From NCBI GenBank assembly GCA_030390025.1, contig CM059433.1, forward strand, positions 23,190,001-23,254,000: a stretch of 64,000 nucleotides of DNA. Direction: 5' to 3'. This DNA comes from Squalus acanthias. Taxonomy: Eukaryota. Of the stretch, positions 49,851-62,778 are shown piece by piece (within the stretch, counting starts at the first letter, position 1; every line of letters starts with the position of its first letter). Made by a program: the position numbers and the translations under genes. The notes beneath the pieces were generated by a model that saw nothing but the letters and a program-made list of their open reading frames with translations, was not told the DNA's origin and ran no database searches.

Positions 49851-49997
49851 TGATGTGGAGATGCCGGTGTTGAACTGGGGTGGACAAATGTGAGAAGTCG
49901 CACAACACCAGGTTATAGTCCAACAGCTTTATTTGAAAGCTTGTGATTTCAAATAAAACTGTTGGACTATAACCTGGTGTTGTGCGACTTCTCACAT
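49851..49997. mobile_element. Short fold-back Penelope-like insertion (family A)
   Basis: Tail plus inverted arms around gaaagcttgtga; tctttaatcttg duplicated at 49841-49852 / 49998-50009. Confidence 0.9.
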
Positions 49998-50799
49998 TCT
50001 TTAATCTTGGCTCCAGGCAATTACTTAGATTTTTACAGTAACTATTTTTTCAGTAATAGGTCTAGGGTAACACATTTATAAACTACTACCTTCACAAATT
50101 CAAAGTGATGGTGGTCAAGTAACAACATTTCTTTACTCTTTTCCTACATTAATCATAAGAGTCTGGGAAGGATGGGATTTATGATAACTCCTCTTCATTT
50201 TAATTTCTCTTTCTTCCCTCCTTCTGACTACCTGCTAGGAATAACACAGATTTTCTTCATTTCAACTTTTTTCCTTCGTTGGAGATTGACTCGACACAGT
50301 TCGGCAGCTCCCTTTAGCAACCAGATTAGAGAATGTTGCAGAAGACAATTACTGTTTATGCACATTAATATGGCTTGCCACCAAGCTACTTTTTCATACG
50401 ATCTGTTTCTTCCTCTTGTATACATCAGGTTTTGAATTTTAAAGTTTTGTTCCTTCATCATAGTTTCATCTTTCACAGTTCAGCTCTTGCAGTTTACCTT
50501 CCTATTTTGTCTTTACAATAGTGACATATAATATTGGCAAATATAACACAAATAGGTATGCATCACTAAATAAGATTCAGCAAGAAGAAAGCTTAGTTCT
50601 CTTTGACTAATTTTTGAGTGTTGCGTTTTATGGCAGCAGTTCTCAAAAGAAGTAATGTCAAGATGTGTAAGGTGTACAAATAGATCCATAAAGTGTAGTT
50701 CCAAGGAAGTAATAATGACACTTGTAAAAGCATTACTGATGTCATACTTGGTCAGTTGCTGTTTAGATTACTTCTTAAGAAAAGATATACAAGATATAC

Positions 50800-51240
50800 G
50801 GGAACAGTAGCATAATAGTATGTTACTGGACTGGTAATCCAGAGGCCTGGACTAATGATCCACGGCAATTAAATAAATCTGGTATATCAAAGCTAGTATC
50901 AGTAATGGTGACTATTAAACTACCGAATTGTTGTAAAAATCCATCTGGTTCACTAATGCCCTTTAGGGAAGGAAATCTGCCATCCTTACCGAGTCTGGCC
51001 TACATGTGACTCCAGACCCACAGCAATGTAGTTGACTCTTAACTGCCCTCTGAAATAGCCGAGCAAGCCACTCAGTTGTACCCGAACCGCTGGGACAAAG
51101 TCAATGTGGGAGCACCTTCACCACACGGACTGCAGCAGTTCAGGAAGGCAGCTCACCACCACCATCTCAAGGGCAATTAGGGATGGGCAATAAATGCCGG
51201 CCTTGCCAGCGATGCCCACATCCTGTGAATGAATATAAAG
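50800..51240 (+). mobile_element. Probable tRNA-derived SINE with a Zenon/T1-like LINE tail
   Basis: Degenerate tRNA-like head, unique body, then 51105-51235 matches the LINE 3' end at 12745-12865. Confidence 0.75.
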
Positions 51241-51442
51241 CTAAGGGTTTGAAGAAGTGCATTAAGGATGGCACTGGTGAGATTTGGGGGAATAAAGCTC
51301 GGTAAAATAAACCTGTTTCGACTGGAAGGTGTGCTGTGCAAAGCTATGGCTGCTGAAAAAATAGGTTTTTGTTCGAAACGTTTCTAAACAAAGGAGATCT
51401 CCGCTCAAAATGTTTGTGAGGCTGAACAACTACAAGTTATAT

Positions 51443-51830
51443 TGTCCCGTAATTTCCGATAGGAGGCTTCCTGCGTGCGGATGCCTCCTATCGGAAAAAA
51501 ATCTACGCTCTTACCTGAGGGCTCCCAAGGTCCGGACACTTCCAATGCTGGGCCTCTTCACAGTCGAAATGCTCAGGGCCCACGTATCCCAGGGGCGCAT
51601 GCAGTTCGCAAGTGTCCCTGGGATCATGTGGGCCAGGCTAGCCAATAAGAGAAGGGAATCTCCCTTCATACTTTTGAAAGATAGTCATGTCAAAAGTATG
51701 AATGGAGAGCACCCCAAAAAGACACTAAAACATTAAAACAAAAATTAAATCACATTTTTAAAATGAGTTAAAATTACATTGAATTAAATATTTTAAACAA
51801 AAATGTAATTTTTTGAAAAAAGAACCCAAA
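51443..51830. mobile_element. Partial MITE related to 28841-29606
   Basis: gtatcccaggggcgca..tccctgggatcatgtgggcc is the inverted homologue of 29417-29467. Confidence 0.6.
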
Positions 51831-53519
51831 CTCGGGTGGTCAGGGTGAGTGAATGCTTCAACAAATGCTACATACCAGCATCTGTACCACAATCTTTACA
51901 CACTGCCCAAAGTACCACACCCCCAGCACGCAACCCACCAACAATCTCTACCTACCAACACTTAGAGCCACATCTCACACCTTGCACACAATGGCAGCTA
52001 TTCAACTATGGCAGGCACATCACCCAAACACATTGCTCCACACTCACTCACACACTTTCATTTCTCTTGCAGGCCAAGGTGGCTCACAACAGGAGGGGCC
52101 AAGAGCGTACAGCCGGGAAACAAGCCAACACCCAACCACTGTCTGCGCTGGAGAATCGAGTGCTGAAAATCATCGGGCGCCAGGTGGTGGGTGCCGTGGT
52201 CACCGGTGACGTTGACCCCCTTGGGGACAACAACGGTATGTTCATCCCTACTCCTTCTTCTCACATCCCACTTCCCCCTCACCCCACAAGCCTGTTGCAC
52301 TTTCCAGCTAATCATGCTGTATGCATGCATTTCTCTCTTCCTGCCCCCTCCCCTCACCTTAACCCGACTCTTGTGCCTTTATGCTTTCAGATAATGAGCA
52401 AGCACCTGAGCAGCCTATCCCTGAGGGCACTGTAGAGAGTAAGACAGGAGAAGAGGAGGAGGAAGAACACACTGCGTCACTGCATGTCTCACCCACAGGT
52501 ACCAGTGCAGATACTGGCACTACGCATTCTTTAGAGGCTAGTATAGCAGTGGGATCTGCACAGGGTGAGGCACAGAGGACGAGTGGGCTGCAGCAAGGCT
52601 AGGGGGAAAGGGTAGCTCGTTGGCCAGCTCCCCGGAGGGCGAGTTTGCGCGCGAGTTCTGCTGCACAGGACTCAGATGAGGACCTCGATGGGGAGGCATT
52701 TAGAAGAAGGGTGATGAGCATGCACACGGAGATGATATGTGCAATGGCAAGGGTGCTGAAGAGCTTCTTGGCAATGATAATGAGCATGGAGGAGTCCGCC
52801 TCTAACAATGCACAAGGCTCTGTGCACACCATGGAGCCCATCATCTCCAGTCTGCAAAGGATAGTCAACTCCCAAAGAGACCGTGGTGACCCAGACCTGA
52901 TGCCGCATGTGATGGGCGATCTGGCAGCTTCCATTGCAGCACAGGCGGAAGTGACGCAACGTCTTAGTGCTGTAATGCAGTCTATGGTTGGTGCCATTCA
53001 ATCTCAGACTGCTCTCAAGCAGTCTCAACTTGATGCCACGCAAGCTCTGACTGCTGCCATTGTGGCTGGGTCTACCACCATCAACTGGGGCTTTCACGGT
53101 GTCGCAGCAGGCCAGCAATCTGTGCTGCAACAGATTGCTAGTGTTGCTGACGGTCTGCCCTAGGGGAGTGGCAGTGGGTCAGTGGAGCAGGAACCTACTG
53201 TCCTCTCTCAGGAGGACAGCATTCCTGCTCCCACCACTGCCACACCACTGCCACTCCACTATTGCCCTTGCCGCTGCCTGTATTCCAGCAAGCCCAGACT
53301 GCTGCCGCCCATGCTGAAGTGGTGCAGTCTACAGCCGGGCCTTCCAGGCCCAGAGCTGATAGAGCGCATCCTGCAAGGCCATCTGAAGTCTCCCACATGG
53401 ACACTCAGCAGCCTTCCACCAGCCGTGCTGCAGCCACTGGGCCAACACTTCGTAGGAGCACTAGAGTAGGCAAAGACACAGTAATGAGAGGCACTAAGGG
53501 ATTGCACAAGGGTGAATAG
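51831..53519 (+). pseudogene. Harbinger Myb/SANT-like accessory gene: exon 1 tail 51831-51844, exon 2 52073-52235, exon 3 52391-53519; stops and a frameshift
   Basis: GT-AG introns in matching phase (agg|gtgagt, ttgcag|gcc, g|gtatgt, tttcag|at); AKVAHNRR..RT.G..LSALENRV. Confidence 0.8.
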
Positions 53520-53679
53520 TTAATATTTTTCTTGTAAATATGTGTTCACTGATGTTTGATAAATTTATTAATTCACTTACAATTCTTTTGTGGTGTCTGC
53601 CATTTCAGCTTTACGGTGTGAAATGGCCTGTGAGAGGGATGGAATCATGGGGATGTGGTGAGCAATGGGGATATGGGCT

Positions 53680-53970
53680 TTAAGTCGCCCTGGTGTGAGG
53701 CTGGAGGTCTGTTTGGAGGAGGTGGCAGAGTTCTGTGACCACCTCCTTGGTGAAGCGGAGCCATCTAATACACTGCTCCTCGCTTCATTGAAGGTAGGAA
53801 AAGTGCTTTTGGAATACCCTCGGAGGGTAAGGCCTCCTGCTGAGAGCCCTGATGTCTCTCCTCATCTCTCTGCGCACATGTTCCTGTAATTCTCGCTGCC
53901 TACGCTCCCTCCATCGTAGATCCTGGAGGGTGAGGTGGCATGCCAGTACAGCCCCCATTAATGTTGCCAA
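53680..53970 (-). pseudogene. Harbinger transposase N-terminal remnant
   Basis: RRPYPPRVFQKHFSYLQ*SEEQCIRWLRFTKEVVTELCHLLQTDLQP aligns with the 40730-40875 peptide. Confidence 0.85.
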
Positions 53971-56900
53971 GAAAAGCAGTTTGATTTTTTTAAGAATAAA
54001 TGTAGCTACTTTTTAGTTGCTACAACACTCCTGATACAAAATAACCTTGAAAGTATTGAATGAAACTGTTGGACTATGTGAAACTGACAAGAAAGCACTG
54101 AAACTCCACTAATCTGACAGCTGCGAGACAGTACTGATGATCCCTTTAAATAATGTCCATGGAGTGGGTTTCTTGGTGCTTCACGCCAGCTCTCCCTGTC
54201 GCTGTTTACTTCAGGCGCTAAGGTAGGTGGCAACAATCAATTTCACAGATTGGACGGTCAGTGAGCGTTGCACACTCACTGACGTCATGATCCACCTGGC
54301 GTTGAGACTCCCGGCAATAACTGTTACCGATAGTGCTGCTGGGGGCGGGGGGGGGGCGGTGGCGGCGGGATTTGACGTGCAGTGCTAAATACGCCTTGCC
54401 CTGGAGATAATGCTCTAGTGCCCAGTTAGTGCCATCTGCTGCCGCTAATGGGAGGCGCTAAGGGGACAAATTTTTCCCCCAAGGATGTGGGGTTAAGTTA
54501 TGAAAAAGAGAGAGGCTTTTTGGACCGAATGGTCTCTTCTGTTTCTTAAAAATTCTTTTGTTCTAAAGAGTAGTATAAATAAGGAAAAGACAGTGGTAAC
54601 AAGGAAGGAAGTTCAGTCTATTTCGCAAATGATCTTAAACTGCAAAAATTCTGTAAACATGGCTATCATCTTTCTATTATCTATTCTGTGCTCTCAAATC
54701 TTTATTACCATGTTAAACTAATAGGCCTACACTTACAATTGTTATATTCGCACTATAGCATTGGAAATCCATATAATGGTACTAATTACATATATTACCT
54801 CGCAGGAACAAAATCTTAGTCTTATATATAATGCATATCTTGTTAATTGTACAAGCCCCGAGTTACAAAAAACTACTTACATGTTGCTTAAAACAAATGT
54901 AAACCCATTGAAGTTTAATTAAAATGAGTTTCTCTTGGTAATTTCTATTGAGTATGCAGAACTGATAATTTGTTTGCATCTCACCAAATTAAGATGTCGA
55001 AGGTGTGAATAATTAGGGTCATTATTCATCAGAGGCACTCAACATAAGTATTGCTTTCCCACCCAAAGTAGACAAAACTGGCTGTGAATACTGATAGAAA
55101 ACAAAGGAAATTGCTGAAAGCTCTGGACTCCTTGTCTGTATTAATCAGCATGCACATAGCTAAACTGTGGGATAATGCACAGGAGAGATAACGACATTCT
55201 TTTCAACAGGCAAACTGGTATCCATGGTTTGTGTGCCAAGTCAAAGTATAAGTAAATTCTAGGCAAGGACTGTTGTTTTTTTTGTCTTTTAAAGTAAGTA
55301 TTTTCCTTGGATTCAGTATTACACATCATTTCCGTAAATGATCCCTCACTCCCTATGACTTGCCATATGCCTTTACTTATCCAATATCTCTGGGAATGTA
55401 GTGAGCTCTTCATTACCGCATTTTGGCTCACGGGATATTTTAAGTGCTTTCCTCATCTTTGTAAAAGTAGAAGAACAAATATTCTATCAGAATGTGGCCA
55501 AGGCTGTAAACTACTATCCATATTTATTCAATGATAAACAGAAAATTAACGACATTAAATATAAACAGTAGATTTCTGCTAAATAAAGAATTTATTGTCC
55601 CTCCTTGTAATATCGAACACAATAAAGTTTTTCTCCTTCACTGTAAACTGGACAGGATGCAAGGTCCCTGACTAAACTTTGCTGTTGATTGACCCATGTA
55701 GTCTCTAGCCTGCCTATCTATGATGGCTTCAGAATGACTGCTGATTGGTAGGAAGTTAGGCTCAGATATACCATTCAAAATCCTTTGAAGATATACTGGA
55801 ACAAGGGAAATTTAAAAACATATATCTCAAATTTGGTCAGAGTTGCCACTCAAACATTATCTTAAAAGATACAAAATATGTTCGTATTTAAATTGAATGG
55901 CTTGGCCTCCTATCTAGGGAGAATGTATCCATCCCACCTCAACACTGCTGGAAGAATCCAATTGATGCCTATTAGTAACTGTATTTTGAATATGATGGAC
56001 CAGCAAAACAGGTATAACATTCCAATTTATATCAATATGTCTTCATGTCATCTACATCAAACAATCTACTGACTCTGGATGTAGTATGAATCAAAAAAGC
56101 CTGTGCTATCTTAGCCCAGAGTTTCTAAAAGACATTCATTGCAAAACAAATTTGAAGGCATGCAGAGGGATTTGGTTCAGTGCTTTGTAGTATTAAATTG
56201 ATATGCTGGACTTTCACAGCCTCACCTGGGGCAATCTTTCTATTCTTGAAAGTTTTATATGTTTTACCTCAAGAGGCCAAATAAGTTGAGCATGACTACT
56301 TGATAATGCAAATTGTGAGTGTTGGAAGGAATAAGTTTAATGGGAAAACAGGCCTTATGTCACATACTTTCATGTATATTATTGTATAGTCTATGCTATG
56401 ATGGTTACCATAAGGACATATTCTTGGATGCTTTATCTTATCCATTCCTATTTAGTGATCTTAGAAAGCCTTCCTGAGTGTAAGAACATAAGAACATAAG
56501 TGTGTCTTCTCTCAAGGTGCATTTTTTCTGATCTAGTACTTGTTGATTCAATATTTTTCCTGGATGGAGTGAATCTGTAACATCATGTCAGCCTCTCCTT
56601 TGAGTCGTGCTGCACAGTAACAATTCCTTTCCCTTGATTCTTCTCCTTGAATTAATGTGTTGAGCCATGGAAGCATTTTTTTCCCCCATCTGAAACTAAC
56701 AAGCATCCCTGGAACAAAAGCAGCCAAAAACAGAACAATTATACTTCTGTGAATGGTTGCCCTAGAAAAATAAATTCAGCACAGTGCACATTATCGAGGA
56801 CATAATCTTGTGCATTCGATCAGCAAAAACAGCTCAAATATTTAATAAATGAATTGTATTATAAAAATGATCAAAAACTCTCAGTTTTAACAATGTTTAC

Positions 56901-57254
56901 TTAACTAGGTTGTGATGTAACTAATGCTGGTGACCAAAAAAATGAAGTGGAATGAATCAGCAAGAGATAGTCCTACTGACTGTGGGAGGGAAGGTTAGGT
57001 GGCTTTGCATGGAGCACCATCACCACAAGGACTGCAGCGATTCAAACAGAAGCCCTCCCCCCCCCCCCCCCACCTTCTCAGAGCAACTAGGAATGGGCAA
57101 TAAATTCAGCAAATAATAAAATGAAAATACATGAAAAAATCTTAAAGACATTCTTCTGATTTTCCCAATGGCATTGTTACCTGCCTAATGGTCAAAATGA
57201 ATGGATAAAAAAGTAAAATAAAATATTTGAATATTTTGTGTAAGACAGTGTTTT

Positions 57255-57410
57255 ATACAGTCTGGTATACTTGCTGCACACAGTGTCGTCTCCTCAGCAT
57301 TGAGGAGACCAAAAGCAGATTGGGTGGTTATTTTGTAGAATTTCTCAATTAAGCATGATTCTGATTGCCCTATGGCTTCCATTTCAAAACACTCCTCCAT
57401 TTCAATTCCC
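57255..57410 (+). pseudogene. Old Penelope GIY-YIG fragment
   Basis: Approximately CCTQCRLLSIEETKSRLGGYFVEFL..PMASHF (compare CxxC..YIGET.R.L..RF.EH). Confidence 0.6.
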
Positions 57411-57551
57411 ACTTCTAATTCTTATTCATACCCTGACTAATATAACCTTTTATGTTTCATCCAGCACTTTTCATTTGTTTACCCCCCAAGTTAAAAAAAA
57501 ATTGTTCATCAGAATTCATTGATAATTAGTATTAGATATTTCTGCACGTAT

Positions 57552-58370
57552 GGGCCCGTGACATCTTGGTGTAAGTACGGAGATGTGCCTGCCCAGGACC
57601 TGTGTCGCTGTTGCCACCAAAGTTTTTTGGGTCAGAGGGAGGTAACCTGACTTGTCTGGCAATAGTGGACACCCATGTCGCTAGGGGGCATGTCTAAGTT
57701 GTTGGCCATTAGAAATATGCCGGAGGAAGAGGCCTGGCTAATGATAGGTGTCGGAGCCCCCCTAAAAATAATATAGCTGTCCCTGTGGCCCCATTTGTAA
57801 GGGGAGAGCTGTACAAAATACTTAAAAAAATTCTCTCCAGGGGTTCAAGCCTCAGTCCTTGTCGGAACTTCCAGGTGGTCCCCATTTCTACCCTGCCAGG
57901 GAAATATCCCTTTCAGGCCTCGAGGATATGTGAACTCTCAACGTAGAGAGTCCTCACCTTCAGCGCTGCCAATGTTTACAATGATGACCTTGCTTATACT
58001 GGGTGGAGGCTTCACCCCAATAAGGCCATCCAAATAGTTCAGTGCTGGGTTGGGACCCAATGCATCCAGATCCCGGCCTAGTCTCCGACCACCCGAGTGG
58101 ACTCCTGCTGAACTTACGCAGGATTACACCAGAATGGTTAGGGATTTTTGGGGTCATGATCTTTACCTGTTGTTCTTCACTCCCCTCTTTGTTTTGGTCA
58201 GTCGTGTAGAAGTGCTATCATGCTTTTCTTTTACAGTTCTGACATGGGTGGGGCGGGGGGGGGGCGGGTGGAGGGTGGGGAGGGGGGAGAAGATTTTGCA
58301 ACTATAAGCTGGTGGCAAGGAAACTTGCCTGAGGTACGTACTCAAAAAATGACACCCAAGCTTTACGGCC
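57552..58370. mobile_element. Degenerate MITE-like element
   Basis: Weak TIR ggcccgtgacatcttggtgt / acacccaagctttacggcc. Confidence 0.4.
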
Positions 58371-58568
58371 AAAACATGCCTTAATTTTTTTTTTCAGGAT
58401 TACAGAACTGCTGTGTATTTATTGCATTTTCTGTTTTTATTTTATTTTTCTTCTGATCCCCTTCCAGACTGAGGAAATAACTCGGTTTTTCACAATGGGG
58501 AGATGACCTGGGGGCGGGTGGGGGAATAAGGGGGGAAAAATACAATGGAAAATTCTACAAGAAAATCC

Positions 58569-59063
58569 AGCCGTGGCTCTCGCCTCTGAGTCAGAAGGTT
58601 GTGGGTTCAAGTCCCACTCCAGAGACTTGAGCACAAAATTCTAGGCTGACACTCCCGTGCGGTACTGCAGGAGTGCTGCACTATTGGAGATGCTGTCTTT
58701 CGGATGAGACATTAAACCAAAGCCCCATCTGCTCTCTCAGGTCCCATAAAAGATCCCATGGCACTATTTTAAAGAAGAGCAGTTATTCCCAGTGTCCTGG
58801 CCAATATTTATTCCTCACTCAACATTAACCCTGAGTGTACTGTTATTGGAATAATGAATTTGAATATTTATCCCTCACCCAACATCACTAAAACAGATTA
58901 TCCAGTCATTATTTTCTTGCTGTTTGTGGGACCTCGCTACGTGCAAATTGTCTGCTGTGTTTCCTACATTACAACAGTGACTACACTTCAAAACTACTTA
59001 ATTAGCTGTAAAGCACTTTGGGACGTCCTGAGGACATGAAAGGCACTATATAAGTCTTTCTTT
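58569..59063 (+). mobile_element. SacSINE1-like Deu-domain SINE with a short internal duplication/insertion
   Basis: B box ggttcaagtcc, Deu-like core, L2-type tail; aatatttat(t/c)cctcac repeated at 58803 and 58863. Confidence 0.9.
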
Positions 59064-59459
59064 TATTCAGGAAGCCTTTCCTACATTCTGTTGTTCCCTT
59101 GGAAAGAATTCTATTTCAACACAATTACTGAGCTAGGATCTGAAAGCGGTACAGTGGCCTTCCTAATGGGAATCTCACTTTACATGATCTATATGCTGGA
59201 AAACGAGGGGGATGATGAGCAGCAGAAGGTTGTAGTCTCAGCCCATCAACAGCTGCCTCCGCTCACCAACCTCTCTGTGGTCTAAGTAAAATCCTTGGAC
59301 CTTACAGCGAGCCAACACATCCAAATCCTAAACCTCAACATCAGCACATTACCTGCTCCCCATTGCCATACAAGAGAACCAAACATCAACTCGTCCTTAC
59401 AACAAAAGGTCCAGTGATTTATTACAACTATTTACAGCAACATCATTTGGTTCTGTCAG

Positions 59460-59800
59460 CTTTCACAGACCTGTGACCACACAAGCTTTTCTCTGCCATA
59501 TTCTAACACTTCTGGTATGTGCCACCTAACAGCCTGGGGTCTGAGATCTAGACAGCTGCTGTAAAATATTACGAGCCTCATGGGATGGAGGTGATGCTTC
59601 TCTGCGAACGACACGGCACAGGATGACTCTTTGTAACAGGCTCTTTGGGAACCCAGTCCTGCAAAGGTGAAGTCCAATGTAGGGAGCTGATGGTGTGTTG
59701 CTCTGTGCTGCTTCCGTGAGGATAAGAAGTCTCCGAGGCATGCATTCCAAATTCTCCATTGATACAACGAACAGAATCTTGGTTGCCAGTGATCAATGGG
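59460..59800 (-). mobile_element. Possible very old RTE-clade LINE fragment
   Basis: Frame-shifting remnants SLATKIL, RRLL, HQL..IG.HLCR..FPK.LL resemble an RTE C-terminus. Confidence 0.3.
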
Positions 59801-61090
59801 GTAATGGATCTCGCAAAATCACAAAGATTCTTAACTTTCTAAGGGGGAGTCAACTGAATATCCTCCAGTCCCATCAAGATGCTGCCTTGTGTACTTTCCA
59901 ATCTGGTTGACAATGACTTCTCCAGATAGTTGCCCAAGACCTGTAGTCCTTCATTCAATGCCTCCACATTGAGCTGACTAATTTGCCTGGATCTCTCATG
60001 AAGTTTGGAGATGCTCCTGTAAGTGCCATTTTCTCCAGGCTGTCCTGCAATGAGTTTGAACCCCTCTCAGATGAGGGCACACAGCAGGGCAGTGGACTCC
60101 ACTGCTATCCCAGCCATTTGCCGCACTTCTTGGGAGAGGCCACGCTGAACCTCCATATGTGTTGAATGATCTGTTAGCATCCTTCTCTTCCTGGTAGGAC
60201 CCCTGAGATCATCGTCCATTTGCTCCACAACCAGAGGGTGACATGTCTTATGCCTCCAATCAACTATATCAGGTTCCACTTCTATATTTACATTCAGTGG
60301 TTTCCTTGTGCTCAGTGTCTCGCCATGTCTCAATTCCTTGTCTACACTATCTGTGCCCCTAGAGCAGATGGGGGTGAAATTTGTTTTGGGCAGTAGTACA
60401 CAACGGGTGATAATGATTTGGCATGGTTTGACATTCCCCTCGAATTTCTTTTCCAGTGAAGTCAATGTTTGGTGAGGTTTTCTGGGTTAACTGTATCATC
60501 AATAGCACATGTGCCTTTTTGCAGCATCAACATGCTCCTGCATTAATTTTAATGGACGGAAAATTGGGGAGAGTGCACTTGCAGTTTCCCAATATGCTCT
60601 CCCAGTGGGTGATGCTCCAGACTTGGACCACCCTTTCAGAAATCAGCCCTATGCAGCCACTAGCAGTCATCCTGAAATTGAATGATATCAGAGAATGCAT
60701 CGATGCCTCTATCACATCCTGCAATGTTTCTCGTTGCAATCTACCAATCTAGATCTCATATCCTAATATTGTGGCACTTTGTAATCAGCCTGAACAGCTA
60801 TGGTTCCTTTCCCTCCACAGATGGCTTCTCTTACTGCTGCATGTTGACTTGGTATGACTCCAAGGTGGTTATGCCCTCCATGATGTGGATTAATGGAATA
60901 TCAATGCTAAAGCTAAAGTACTTCATGGTTTTTGCTTGTTTATTCAATATTTATAGATCAGCCTGTGGTATTTAATCCTCCACACCACTAAGCTTTCAAA
61001 GGTATGACATTTTGTCATCATTTTACTCAGAACATTTTATTTTATACCTCTAGCCACGCAGGAAGAATAGAAGGAATCAAAAAACATTAT

Positions 61091-62778
61091 GGGGGGGAAA
61101 ATTTGGTATCGCCCACTTTGGGGAGCTAATATCGGCCGGGCACAAATTTTAGCGCCCGGTGCAAATTATTGCCAGCGACCGGGAAATTCGTCTCCAGCAC
61201 CGCTGGAGGTGATTGGAGCGCTAAATCAAGCACTACACACTTCTCATAGGGCGCTAACGTCGGGGAACGGGGCGCTACCTCAGAGCGCTACTCAAGCTCA
61301 GGCGCTGTCAATCACCTAGTCCTCAGACAGACTGGCGCCTTCCAGTTCTTAAAGGAGAGGGTCCCTCATGCTGCACAGCCTCACCCTGATCATTGCTGCG
61401 TTTGACCTGAGCCTGCAAGGAGGTGCAAATCTTCACCAAAGATTATCATGGCTGCTCAGAGGCCCAGGGAGAGAGCTCGCCGGTTTAGTGACCAGGCATT
61501 GGTGGCTCTGGTTGGTGCTGTGGAACGCCGACGGGCAGTGCTGTTTCCAGACACTGGCAGGCGGCCATTGCCCCGGGAGTTCACAAGGGTGTGGAGGGAG
61601 TTTGCCCAGGAGCCTGGTCCAAAGGACTCACACCCAGTGCCGCAAGAAGTTCAACGACCTCACTCGGGTGGTCAGGTTGAGTGCATGCTTGAAAAATCTT
61701 TGCATCCCACCATCTCAGCCTCACTCTGTGCACAGGCGGTGTAAAGTCCCAAATTCCCAACACTCACCCAACAACTATGCCCATCTACTAAAAGTCACAT
61801 CCACATCCCACCTTGCAGACATTAATGGCTATTCAACTATGGTAGGCACATCTGCCAAACACATGGCTGCACACTCACTCACACGCTGTCCTTTTTCTTG
61901 TAGGCCAAGCTTTCACATAACCGGAGGGAGCAACAACGCACGGGAGGAGGTCAGGCAGAGCTGCACCCCCTCACACAGCTGGAGGAGCGAATTCACAGAC
62001 TCATCGCCAGTCATGTCGTGGCACTGTGGCAGTTGGAGAGGTCAATCCCCTTGGGGACAGAAACGGTATGTTCATCATCTCTCTCTCTTCTCTCTCATAC
62101 CACTTCCCCCTCACAACACCAACCTTTCCCACTTTCCATCTAACTATACTGTCTCCATTCCTTGCTCCCTTCCTGCCCTCACATTAAAGACACTCTTGTA
62201 CCTCCTGCTTTCAGATAGTGAGCCACCATCTGACCAGCCTGTCCCTCAGCCTGCGTCTCCCGAGGGCGAGACATCCGATACTGGGGCCATGCGTTCACTG
62301 GAGGGGAGCAGCGGATTTGGCTCTGATGTGGGTGAAGCTCCGGGACCCAGCGGGCTGCAGCAACACCATGGGGGAAGGGAAGCTCGAGGGCCATCTCCCT
62401 GGAGGGTGAGTGCACGCACAAGTTCTGCTGCACAGGACTCGGATGAGGACCTCGATATCGCGGCAATGAATACACAGGCGATGAGCATGCATACTGAGCT
62501 CACGGGTGCAATGGCAAGGGTGCCCGACAGCATGGATGCACTGGCTAGGAGGAGTCCGCCGCCAGCACAGCTGTCATCTGTGTGCAAACCCTCGAACCCA
62601 TCCTTGCCTCGTTGCAGAGGATGGTTAAATTGCAGAGAAACCGTGGGGACCCAGATCCCATGCGGCATGTAATGGGTGAGGTGGCAGCATCTATTGCAGC
62701 ACAGTCCGAGGCAATGCAATGGCTTAGTGCTGGAATTGAGTCATTGGTTGGTGTCATCCAATGTCAGACTGCTCCGTG
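61091..62778 (+). mobile_element. Truncated Harbinger transposon (left TIR plus Myb-like gene)
   Basis: Terminus gggggggaaaattt; gcgc/agcgct-rich subterminal region; ttaaagg at 61349. Confidence 0.85.
61448..62778 (+). pseudogene. Harbinger Myb/SANT-like DNA-binding gene: exon 1 61448-61676, exon 2 61904-62065, exon 3 from 62215; frameshifts and mutated first donor
   Basis: RARRFSDQAL.ALV..VE.RR.VLF..W...A..RT..QCRKKFNDL trihelix/Myb-SANT pattern; RREQQRTGGG; shares SSAAQDSDEDLD and DPDxMxHVMG with 52391-53163. Confidence 0.85.

Larger units (their letters stand above)
51831..54480. mobile_element. Harbinger transposon remnant with convergent Myb-like (+) and transposase (-) genes; left end lost
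   Basis: Right TIR aaatttttccccc; two convergent genes; homologous to 61091-62778. Confidence 0.88.

Noticed and set aside
59880..60970. Several ORFs of 60-130 aa and a ggggtgaaattt terminus-like motif at 60371
   Set aside because: Probably decayed transposon sequence, but no motif or matching end could be supported
61368..62672. 434-aa ORF as an intact gene
   Set aside because: It reads through two introns and switches between true and false frames of the decayed Myb-like gene
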